In this document: in pieces, positions 38,991 through 47,362 of the stretch
How positions within the stretch are numbered: position 1 is the first letter of the stretch
Layout of the letters: each line of letters begins with the position of its first letter
Assembly: GCA_963710375.1 (NCBI GenBank)
Contig: CAVPZX010000008.1
Coordinates: 160,001-224,000, forward strand
DNA from: Nitrospirota bacterium
GTDB lineage: Bacteria; Nitrospirota; Thermodesulfovibrionia; Thermodesulfovibrionales; Dissulfurispiraceae
Direction of reading: 5' to 3'
Length of the DNA: 64,000 nucleotides
The notes under the pieces: generated by a model
The model's input: the letters and a program-made list of their open reading frames with translations, nothing else
Database searches by the model: none
Told to the model about the DNA's origin: nothing
Made by a program: the position numbers and the translations under genes

Positions 38991-40552
38991 CTATTCCGAA
39001 AGCCATTCCTTCAGAATCGAAGCAGCCCTCCGAGGGTCTTTTTTCACCACTTCCGTCACCTTTGTCTTCATTGCTTCTTTTGAAATAAGACCTGCCTCTT
39101 CTTCCCCAACACCTCCAAGCCCGCCAACACCCCCGGGTCCGCCAACACCAGCAACTCCTACTCCCGGCGGAAGCCCTGTAGGCGGCAGGCCGCGGGCCTC
39201 GGGCATGGTCTTAAGCGTCTCAATAACAGGTTTAATGACAAAGAGAATAATCATCATGATTAAGACAATCGGGACTAAATATTTTAATGCAGACAGAACG
39301 ATTTTCATATAATCCGTTTTTTCGACTTCTTCCGGCACTGTTTCAAAGGGCACATTGTTGACAATCACCTGGTCTCCCCGCTCCTTATTGAATCCTATAG
39401 CGGCCTTTACTATTTCTTCATATTTATTTAATTCAGCTTCACTTCTCGACTGATAGACCTGTTTACCTTTGTCTTTTTTATAGGTACCGTCAATTAGCAC
39501 CGCAACGGAAATGCTTTTAATTTCACCCCGCGGCTGGATAATCTTGCTGACGCTCCTGCTTACCTCGTAGTTTATATTTTCTGACTGCTTCTGTGAGAAA
39601 TTAGGTGATGAAGAAGCAGCCGGTGCCTGCTGGCCCGGCTGGTTTGACAACGCACCCGGAATGCCGCCACTCGCCGCGCCGCCGCTTTTTTCCTGGTTGC
39701 GCTGAACACTCCTCATAGCGATGGTATCAGGATCGAAACTCTCTTCAGTCTTTTCGACCTGCGAATAATCTATCTTTGCAGACGCCCTGACAATGGCCTT
39801 CCCTTTGCCGACGATACCCTCAAGCATGCTTACCAGCTTGGTTTCATAATCCTTATCCACCGATTTCTGGTAATCACGTTGTTTCGCATCTGCCACAACA
39901 TCACCATCGGACGGTTTTGACAGCATGTTCCCCATATTGTCTATTACCGTCACCTGCTCAGGTGTCAATCCCTCAACACTGCTCGAAACCATATGTACAA
40001 TGCCGCCGATCTGTCCCTGACTCAGCACTCTTCCCGGTTTGAGCTTCAAAACAATCGAAGCAGTCGGCTTTTGCTGCCTTTCAGTAAAGATCGTCTGCTC
40101 TGGTATTGCTATATGCACCCTCGCCTGGTCCACCTCGGCAAGCTGCCGGATGGTCCTTGCAAGCTCCCCCTGAAGCGCCCTGACATAATTCAGCCGCTGG
40201 ACAAATTCGGTGACCCCTAACTGGTTCTTGTCAAATATCTCAAAACCGACACCCCCCCCTGCGGGAGCCCCTCAGCAGCCAATTCGAGTCTGAGTTCATA
40301 GACTTTACTGCTCGGAACATAGATGGCATTTCCATCAACCTTGTAAGGGACCTTCATCTCTTTCAATTTGTTGATGACCTGCCCGGCGTCCTCCTGGGTA
40401 AGATTACTGTAAAGGACCTGGTAGTCAACTCGCTCACTCCAGAGCATTATCCCGGCCATAAGCGCTATGGAGATAGCAATAACGGCAATAAGCGATATTT
40501 TCTTTTTAAGAGGCCATGCTTTTATCTGATTTAGAACATCATTCCACGCCAT
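38991..40552 (-). CDS. fliF: MS-ring protein FliF (one -1 frameshift in a G8 run at 40252-40259)
   Basis: Adding one G restores LPQGGGVGFEIFD...RALQGELARTI...ARVHIAIP and joins ORFs 40217-40552 and 38991-40133. Confidence 0.93.
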
Positions 40553-40569
40553 TGTAACTCCTCAAACGC

Positions 40570-40866
40570 TTATATCTGCATGCTCATAATTGTATTATAT
40601 GCATTAAGGAGCTTGTTTCTTACCTGCAGCAATGTCTGCATAGACATATCGGCCTTCTCCATGGCAAGCACAACGGTGTGAATATCCTGGACATTACCTT
40701 TTGAAAAATCCTCAATAGCCTTATCAGCCTTGTTTTGGACATCGGATACATCCTTTAATGCATCTTTGATGGCAGTGTCGAACGATACGCTTCCTTTTTG
40801 ACCTGTTTTTATGGGTTCAGAAACGTTCGGCTGTATGTTTCCAGTGATCTCGTAAATATTACTCAT
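40570..40866 (-). CDS. fliE: Hook-basal body protein FliE
   Basis: DIHTVVLAMEKA...QVRNKLLNAYNTIMSMQI. Confidence 0.96.
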   Translation of the reverse strand: MSNIYEITGNIQPNVSEPIKTGQKGSVSFDTAIKDALKDVSDVQNKADKAIEDFSKGNVQDIHTVVLAMEKADMSMQTLLQVRNKLLNAYNTIMSMQI

Positions 40867-40942
40867 GTGCGCCCCCTTCCTTATGTGTACAGCAAGAAGT
40901 TCAGTGCTTAATGCTTAAGTCCCCTATGCCTACTGCCGTTTA

Positions 40943-41350
40943 TTATATTTGCGTGAGAGCAAGTGTCTTCGTAAACATGTCTTTATACACCGTAATGAGC
41001 GTCAGGTTCGCCTCATAGGCATGAGTAGCGTCTATGAGATTGACCATCTCTTCTATCGTATTGATATTGGGGTAACTGACATAGCCATCTTTATCGGCAT
41101 CCGGGTGGCTCGGGTCATAGACCTTTTTCGGGGGCCTCTCGTCCTCAACAATTTTTGAGATGTTTACACCAACATTACTCTCGTCATAGAGATATGACTC
41201 GAACATAACATCTTTCCTTTTGTATGGACCACCCTCAGGCGACGAAGTAGAGTTAACGTTGGCAATATTTGAGGCAATGGTATTCATTCTTATTTTCTGC
41301 GCTTCAAGGGCAGTTGCACTTACGTTCAAAGGTAAAAACATTTCTTCCAT
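40943..41350 (-). CDS. flgC: Rod protein FlgC
   Basis: SNIANVNS...GGPYKRK...YDPSHPDADKDGYVSYPNIN. Confidence 0.97.
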   Translation of the reverse strand: MEEMFLPLNVSATALEAQKIRMNTIASNIANVNSTSSPEGGPYKRKDVMFESYLYDESNVGVNISKIVEDERPPKKVYDPSHPDADKDGYVSYPNINTIEEMVNLIDATHAYEANLTLITVYKDMFTKTLALTQI

Positions 41351-41363
41351 CAGTGGCCTCCGT

Positions 41364-41702
41364 TTATGGTGCTGATAAGATATTCTTTTTCATACGCTGT
41401 TTCATACCCATCAGTTGCACTGCCGTATCGTATATTAAGTTATTTTCAGCAACCTTTGCCATCTCGATATCAACATTTACGGTGTTGCCGTCCCTATTGG
41501 GCATCGTCGTCGCAGACTCATATATATCAAATCCTTGGTTTCCCTCTGTGCCGGCAGCCTTTTCCATCTCTTTTTGGAACGATATATCTTTTGCCTTATA
41601 CCCCGGGGTATCCGCGTTGGCAATATTTGATGTCAACACCTTATTCCTGAAAGCGGCAACGTCAAGCATATGTTCAAGAATCATGTGTATACTATCCGGC
41701 AT
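41364..41702 (-). CDS. flgB: Rod protein FlgB
   Basis: NIANADTPGYKAKD...DGNTVNVDIEM. Confidence 0.96.
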   Translation of the reverse strand: MPDSIHMILEHMLDVAAFRNKVLTSNIANADTPGYKAKDISFQKEMEKAAGTEGNQGFDIYESATTMPNRDGNTVNVDIEMAKVAENNLIYDTAVQLMGMKQRMKKNILSAP

Positions 41703-41744
41703 ATCGTCCTCCTTAATAACAGATTAATAATCGCAAAAATTATA

Positions 41745-41760
41745 TGCAATTATTGTTCCA
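41745..41760 (-). promoter_or_regulatory. Sigma54 promoter of the flgB operon
   Basis: Minus strand TGGAAC-AATAA-TTGCA. Confidence 0.78.
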
Positions 41761-41772
41761 GAAATTCGATGA

Positions 41773-43071
41773 TTATTCACTGCCCATATACTCCTCTTCG
41801 CGAATAGTATACTCCTTTATCTTATTTCTTACGGTCCTTACTGTCTTCCCAAGTAATTCAGCGGCTTTTGTCCTGTTGCCGCCCGTTTTCCTGAGCGTTT
41901 CAACTATCAGTTCCCGTTCCATGTCCTTAATTGTGCCGGTTTTGCCCTCACCACCAACTGCAGTATTTTTTGACGGCCCATCTGCCGGCGGCATTAATAC
42001 CTCAGCCGGAGATATAACGGCAGTCCTGTAAATAAAATTCTCCAGCTCGCGTGCATTGCCCTCCCAGGCAAGATCGCCAAGGTATGATTTAAGCTCATCG
42101 GACAGTGAAAAGTGTCTGCCCATCTTGGCTGCTAATTTTTTAAGAAAGAACTCGGCCAAAGGTATAATGTCATCCCGACGTTCCCTGAGAGGCAGCAGCT
42201 TCAAAGGAAAAACATTTAACCGGTAGTAAAGGTCCTCCCTGAAATGCCCGTTCTTCACCTCGGCAAGAAGGTCGCAATTAGTCGTAGCAATGACCCGCAC
42301 GTCAACGGGAATCGGCAACCGGCCGCCTATACGGTCTATCTCCCTTTCCTGGATGGCTCTTAACAGCTTCGCCTGGAGCGAATAATCCATTTCACTGATT
42401 TCGTCCAACAGCAGCGTTCCCTGGTTGGCAAGTTCAAACTTACCCATGCGCCGGTCTACAGCGCCGGTAAAAGCGCCTTTTTCGTGGCCAAACAATTCTG
42501 ACTCCAGGAGGTTTTCTGAAATAGCGGCGCAATTAATGGCAACAAATGCCTTATCGGCCCTGAGGCTGTTTTTATGTATAAACCTGGCCACGACCTCCTT
42601 ACCGGTTCCGCTGTCTCCTGACAGCAGCACAGTAATATCGCTCTTCGCTACCTCTTTTGCTACGGACAGCAGGTTCTTCATCTGATTTGACGTGGCTACG
42701 ACGTCGGTGTCCTCCGAAGGGATTATCCGCTCAATGACTCGCCTGAGCGAATCAAAAGAAAAAGGTTTCATGATATAATCAGTTGCGCCGAGTTTCATCG
42801 CGTCAACGGCATTCTCAACAGTGCCAAATCCGGTAATTACAATGACAGGCACAAAAATATTCCGCTTCCGTATTACCTGAAGAAACTCGATTCCGTTCAT
42901 CTTCGGCATCCTCATGTCCGTGATGATAAGCGAGAAATCCCTGATATTGCATGATGCAAGGACATCCACCGGGTTGTGATATACGACGGGATCAAAATCG
43001 CACCGTCTTAACGCTTCGCTGAGCACAAGCGCCATATCGACCTCATCATCAATTATCAAAACCGGTTTCAT
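41773..43071 (-). CDS. Sigma54-dependent response regulator (FleR/FlrC-like)
   Basis: REC + AAA (GDSGTGKE, GAFTGA) + Fis-type HTH. Confidence 0.95.
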   Translation of the reverse strand: MKPVLIIDDEVDMALVLSEALRRCDFDPVVYHNPVDVLASCNIRDFSLIITDMRMPKMNGIEFLQVIRKRNIFVPVIVITGFGTVENAVDAMKLGATDYIMKPFSFDSLRRVIERIIPSEDTDVVATSNQMKNLLSVAKEVAKSDITVLLSGDSGTGKEVVARFIHKNSLRADKAFVAINCAAISENLLESELFGHEKGAFTGAVDRRMGKFELANQGTLLLDEISEMDYSLQAKLLRAIQEREIDRIGGRLPIPVDVRVIATTNCDLLAEVKNGHFREDLYYRLNVFPLKLLPLRERRDDIIPLAEFFLKKLAAKMGRHFSLSDELKSYLGDLAWEGNARELENFIYRTAVISPAEVLMPPADGPSKNTAVGGEGKTGTIKDMERELIVETLRKTGGNRTKAAELLGKTVRTVRNKIKEYTIREEEYMGSE

Positions 43072-43081
43072 ATTATTCCGC

Positions 43082-44227
43082 TCATGTCTTTATTAACTCC
43101 GGCAGGGAAACCTTAAACTCTGTCCCTGCGCCCGGCCTGCTTGTGACCTCTATGCTTCCTTCATGGGCCGCTATTATACCCGAGGTTATCGATAATCCGA
43201 GACCGGTGCCCCTGTCTTTTGTCGAAAAGAATGGTTCAAATATCCTTGACTTTGTCTCATCGTCCATGCCGGGACCATTGTCACGGATCGAGATTTCGAT
43301 TGCAGAAGGTATCACCTCTGAATATCCTATTTCCACTGTAATGTTCCCTCCATCAGGCATTGCCTGTACCGAATTCAATAGGATGTTGATCAGCGCCTGC
43401 CTTAATAACCCTTTGTCTGCATTTACAGGATAATGTCCATGCTCTATAAATTCAAACCGAACATTGCTCCCTGAAAACAATTCCCTGAATTCCCTGCAAA
43501 TCTCATTAACAACATGGTTTAACAAGCACTCTTCGCGGTGCAATTTTATCTCTTTCGAAAATCTGAGCATGTTATCGAGAGTATTGACAAGCGTCTTTAC
43601 TGAGTTGGAGATCCTGTTTGCATAATCCCCCTGTGTCGTGCCTTTCAGGTCATTGGAGATCAGGTTAGCAAACAGCTCGATGCTACCGAGCGGGTTCCTG
43701 ATCTCGTGAGCAATTTTCAGCACAAGCTCGCCCATGGCGCTCAGCCTGGCGTTCCTCTCGTTTTCAGCCTCGAGCTGCCTCAATCTGGTAATATCCTTGA
43801 ATATGAGCACATGGCCAATTTTTTTTTCTCCGGAATCATTCACAGGTGAATTTGATACAAGGGCATAAAAAGGTTTACCTTTTTCAGGCAGAATCCTTAG
43901 CATTCTTGCCCGACGATCTGGCCGTTTTGCACCAGCGTCATCACCGATCTCGGCGCGGAGCGAGCGGCCTCCTATGATTTTATCGGATTTGACCGAAAGC
44001 AGCCGTTCAACGGCACTATTTATCAAACGTATAATTCCCTGCTTGTCAAAAAATACAACACCTACATCAATGCTATCCAAAATACTGTTGAGCAGACGTT
44101 TTTTGTGCTCTACCTCTTCAGTCAGCAGTTCAACCTTGTCCTCAAGCGTTTTATAATAGAGTGTCAGCGTCGCAGAGGCAGAATTAAAGCTTTCGATCGC
44201 TTTGTTAAGCAGTTCTATATCAGCCAT
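43082..44227 (-). CDS. Cytoplasmic PAS histidine kinase (FleS/FlrB-like)
   Basis: PAS-like segment, AHEIRNPL, and N/G1/F/G2 boxes; no TM helix. Confidence 0.93.
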   Translation of the reverse strand: MADIELLNKAIESFNSASATLTLYYKTLEDKVELLTEEVEHKKRLLNSILDSIDVGVVFFDKQGIIRLINSAVERLLSVKSDKIIGGRSLRAEIGDDAGAKRPDRRARMLRILPEKGKPFYALVSNSPVNDSGEKKIGHVLIFKDITRLRQLEAENERNARLSAMGELVLKIAHEIRNPLGSIELFANLISNDLKGTTQGDYANRISNSVKTLVNTLDNMLRFSKEIKLHREECLLNHVVNEICREFRELFSGSNVRFEFIEHGHYPVNADKGLLRQALINILLNSVQAMPDGGNITVEIGYSEVIPSAIEISIRDNGPGMDDETKSRIFEPFFSTKDRGTGLGLSITSGIIAAHEGSIEVTSRPGAGTEFKVSLPELIKT

Positions 44228-44241
44228 AACCCATTCATCCT

Positions 44242-45909
44242 TTACCTTTCAATTAGCAGTCCGGCAGCTTTCCCTACTATGCCGCCGCTCTGCGCAGCCT
44301 TTTTCAAATACTCTTTATTGCCGGTCATTTTGCCGTACTGGTAGTATGCCCACTGGAGATTCTTTTGATCCGAAAGGCCCAAACTCAACGCCCGCTTATA
44401 ATACGCCCGGGATTGGGATGCGTTTCCGCTAAGGTAAAGCAGATCACCGGCCTTCAGTGCAGCAATTGCACCCCCCATGTCAGAGGCGGTCTTATAATAT
44501 TTTAATGCCGTGGTCCTGTCTCCGGTCTCTATATATAGATCGGCAATCTTGCTATCGATCCTGCTGTCTTTTGAATATTTGGTCGCCTTTTCAAGACAGG
44601 TGATAGCCCCTGCCGGATCTCCCTCCCTGCTCAATATATCAGACATGAGAAATGTTGCCTGGGTGAAGTATCTGTTTTCGAGCAAAAGAGGTTCGACAAG
44701 TTTTTTGGCCTCGCTGTATTTCCGGTCATTGAAAAGCACTTCAGCCATTGCAAGAGCAGCATCGCCTCTTTCTACACCATTCAGTGCCCTTCTGAGCAGC
44801 ATGGTGCCTTCTAATTTCTTTCCGCTGTCGATCATGTATCGCGCAGCCGTAACAATAAACGGGCTATCCGAGCTGATCGCAACGGAAAATTTGCTCAGGT
44901 ATGCCAAAGCTTTGGGATTCCTTGCAGCCATAAGCTTCTTGAGATGCTTTTCCATTTCTGCGGACCTGATGACCCTGTCCTTAACCAGGCTCAAATATCT
45001 TAGGGCATTTCCAGTCTCTCCTTTTATATCATAAAGCTTAGCTATGGACATCTTTATGTTGTCAGCCGGATCATAAGGGACAATTTCGAGATACAATGCC
45101 AGAGCCTCATCCACCCTTCCCTTCCCCTCGTACAATCTTGCAAGGATTTTCTGGGCCTTCTGTAGTTCAAGCTTCGATGCAGGGTCTGCGATTATGGACT
45201 TGCAGAGTTTCTCCGTATCGTTGTACATGGACGCATTAAAAAAAATTAATGCCTTTTCCGCCCTCAAGTCCTCTTCTTTTAATGTAGCATTTAAAACTTT
45301 GCTGATTATGTTTACCGCCTCTTTATGTATGCCTTTCTTACTCAAGATGGCAGCCCTTACATAGAGTGCCCGTGGATTATATTCCAGATCTTTCTTGTCT
45401 ACAGCACCAATGATTGTTTCTGCAGCCGCCACGTTATCGCTCCTGAGAGCAACCTCAGCCCTTCCTATATCGCCCAACGGTTTTAAAGGACCACTTACCC
45501 TCTCAAAATAACGCTCAGCCTGATCCATTTTGTGATCATTCATTAAAATATAACCGAGGAGAAGAAATGCGTCGTTCACATAAACCGACTGCGGGTAGGC
45601 CAACAAGAAGCGATCAGCATTCATGTGAGCCATATTATAGCGTTTTAGTTTGTAATCACTTTTGGCCATCCCGAATAATGCACGCTCCGCAACCGGACCC
45701 TTCTTGTTGTTAATAAAGACCTCGCGATAAATCTCATCTGCTGCGCCGTAATTTCTTTGCCTATACAAATTGTCTGCTGATTTCAGCTGGTCTTCATTAG
45801 CACAAACCGGACACGTGCATATAGCAACCAGCACTATCACTACAGACAAAATACATAATGCTTTTTTTAAATCCAACCTTCTGCTCCTCACCTGTTTTCC
45901 ACTCTTCAC
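44242..45909 (-). CDS. Exported TPR-repeat protein
   Basis: N-terminal hydrophobic signal; BamD/TPR-like helical repeats; start uncertain. Confidence 0.8.
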   Translation of the reverse strand: MKSGKQVRSRRLDLKKALCILSVVIVLVAICTCPVCANEDQLKSADNLYRQRNYGAADEIYREVFINNKKGPVAERALFGMAKSDYKLKRYNMAHMNADRFLLAYPQSVYVNDAFLLLGYILMNDHKMDQAERYFERVSGPLKPLGDIGRAEVALRSDNVAAAETIIGAVDKKDLEYNPRALYVRAAILSKKGIHKEAVNIISKVLNATLKEEDLRAEKALIFFNASMYNDTEKLCKSIIADPASKLELQKAQKILARLYEGKGRVDEALALYLEIVPYDPADNIKMSIAKLYDIKGETGNALRYLSLVKDRVIRSAEMEKHLKKLMAARNPKALAYLSKFSVAISSDSPFIVTAARYMIDSGKKLEGTMLLRRALNGVERGDAALAMAEVLFNDRKYSEAKKLVEPLLLENRYFTQATFLMSDILSREGDPAGAITCLEKATKYSKDSRIDSKIADLYIETGDRTTALKYYKTASDMGGAIAALKAGDLLYLSGNASQSRAYYKRALSLGLSDQKNLQWAYYQYGKMTGNKEYLKKAAQSGGIVGKAAGLLIER

Positions 45910-46032
45910 TTTTTAACTTTTCATGCCTTACTCATATAAATGCAGAACAACCCATTCTTTGAATGAAAAAAATATGCCAGCCCCTTGAGGGGCTAATGAC
46001 AATCCTGATTACCTGAGATCAGGCATTATCAA

Positions 46033-46088
46033 GTCAATTATATGACATATTTATTTTCTTTCATTTTCAAAAGTGTTATTTTTATGAC
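46033..46088. promoter_or_regulatory. Two GTCA-N6-TGAC-like sites upstream of the TPR-HK-RR operon
   Basis: GTCAATTATATGAC (46033-46046) and GTTATTTTTATGAC (46075-46088); weak sigma54-like TGGCAT-ATTTT-TTTCA at 45964-45979. Confidence 0.5.
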
Positions 46089-46119
46089 ATCTAATAAAGG
46101 ATTGGCCATGGCCCGTTAT

Positions 46120-47115
46120 TTACAAATCCAACCGCTTCATTTTCTCGATTAATGTTGTGCGATTGATATTAAGATATTTTGCAGCCTGACTCTTAACACC
46201 GTTATGAAGCTCCAGAGCATGAAGAATAAGTCTTTTTTCGTAACCCTCAAGCGCCGCATTAAGGTCAAGACCGCTGACAAAGGGGTTGTTATCATCATCC
46301 TCGATATGAGGCAATTCGGGTATTCGCTTTCCGGTCATCCTTTCAGGCAAATCGGATGGTGTCACAATATCATTGTCTTTCAACACAAGAAGCCGCTCTA
46401 TTGCATTTTCAAGTTCTCTAACATTGCCCGGCCACGAGTAGCCGGCCAAAACCTTCGCAGCTTCGCTAGTAACATTTATCGGGTTTCTTCCAAATTTTTT
46501 AGAGTATTTTTCTATAAAAAAACCACAAAGGAGAGGGATATCATCCACCCGATCCCGCAGAGGAGGAATTTCAATTGGAATAACATTAAGACGATAAAAC
46601 AGGTCTTCCCTGAAACGTCCTTCTTTAACAGCAGCCTCAAGGTTTTGATTGGTCGCGGCGATTATCCTGACGTCAACACTGATGGTCCTGGTGCCGCCTA
46701 CCCGCTCAAAAGAACGTTCCTGAAGCACCCTTAGAAGTTTCACTTGCAGCATCTGCGGCATCTCCCCGACTTCGTCGAGAAGTATTGTTCCCCCGTCGGC
46801 AAGCTCGAATCTTCCGATCCTCGTCGCAATTGCCCCTGTAAATGCGCCCTTCTCATGGCCGAACAATTCAGACTCAAGCAGATCGGTAGGAATGGCCCCG
46901 CAATTTACAGGGATAAACGGCCTGTCAGCCCTGTCGCTGTGAAAGTGGATTGATTTGGCAACAAGTTCCTTGCCGGTGCCGCTCTCTCCTGACATAAGGA
47001 CAGTACTTTGACAACAGGCCACTTTGGCCATCAATTCATAAATACGCTTAACAGCTGGAGAATTACCTATAATCTGGACAGTATTGACAATTTCTAAGGG
47101 CTTGCCATTTCCCAT
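46120..47115 (-). CDS. Sigma54 activator (FleQ/FlrA-like) lacking an N-terminal regulatory domain
   Basis: AAA domain begins about 15 aa after the start (IIGNS...GESGTGKE, GAFTGA, WPGNVRELEN), followed by an HTH; start placed at MGNGK. Confidence 0.9.
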   Translation of the reverse strand: MGNGKPLEIVNTVQIIGNSPAVKRIYELMAKVACCQSTVLMSGESGTGKELVAKSIHFHSDRADRPFIPVNCGAIPTDLLESELFGHEKGAFTGAIATRIGRFELADGGTILLDEVGEMPQMLQVKLLRVLQERSFERVGGTRTISVDVRIIAATNQNLEAAVKEGRFREDLFYRLNVIPIEIPPLRDRVDDIPLLCGFFIEKYSKKFGRNPINVTSEAAKVLAGYSWPGNVRELENAIERLLVLKDNDIVTPSDLPERMTGKRIPELPHIEDDDNNPFVSGLDLNAALEGYEKRLILHALELHNGVKSQAAKYLNINRTTLIEKMKRLDL

Positions 47116-47167
47116 GTCATAAATATGACATAAGAAATAGTAAAAGGTCAATAAGATTGAACAATAC

Positions 47168-47362
47168 TAACCCACATTATTAATAAATTTATACAAGGAG
47201 CAGGCGGGACATGGTGCTGAGCGGACTTTGACAGCCTAAGTGACACCAAGGATGGTGACACAGGCTGTCATAGCCTCGGAGCAAGGCTGGACGCCTCGCG
47301 AGAATGAGTGAAGCACTGTGGCCTGACTGCTCCTTGTATAAATTTATTAATAATGTGGGTTA
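47168..47362. mobile_element. MITE-like element, 36-bp perfect inverted repeats (including TA at each end)
   Basis: TAACCCACATTATTAATAAATTTATACAAGGAGCAG...CTGCTCCTTGTATAAATTTATTAATAATGTGGGTTA; internal TGACAGCCT...AGGCTGTCA hairpin. Confidence 0.8.

Noticed and set aside
22553..40552. Injectisome-type (virulence) T3SS
   Set aside because: Export genes are embedded among hook, rod, ring and chemotaxis genes; clearly flagellar.
8049..40552. Decay (pseudogenisation) of the flagellar system
   Set aside because: Only isolated single-base indels, no in-frame stops or deletions, intact motifs and promoters, and the same indel type in the lactate operon; sequencing error is more parsimonious.
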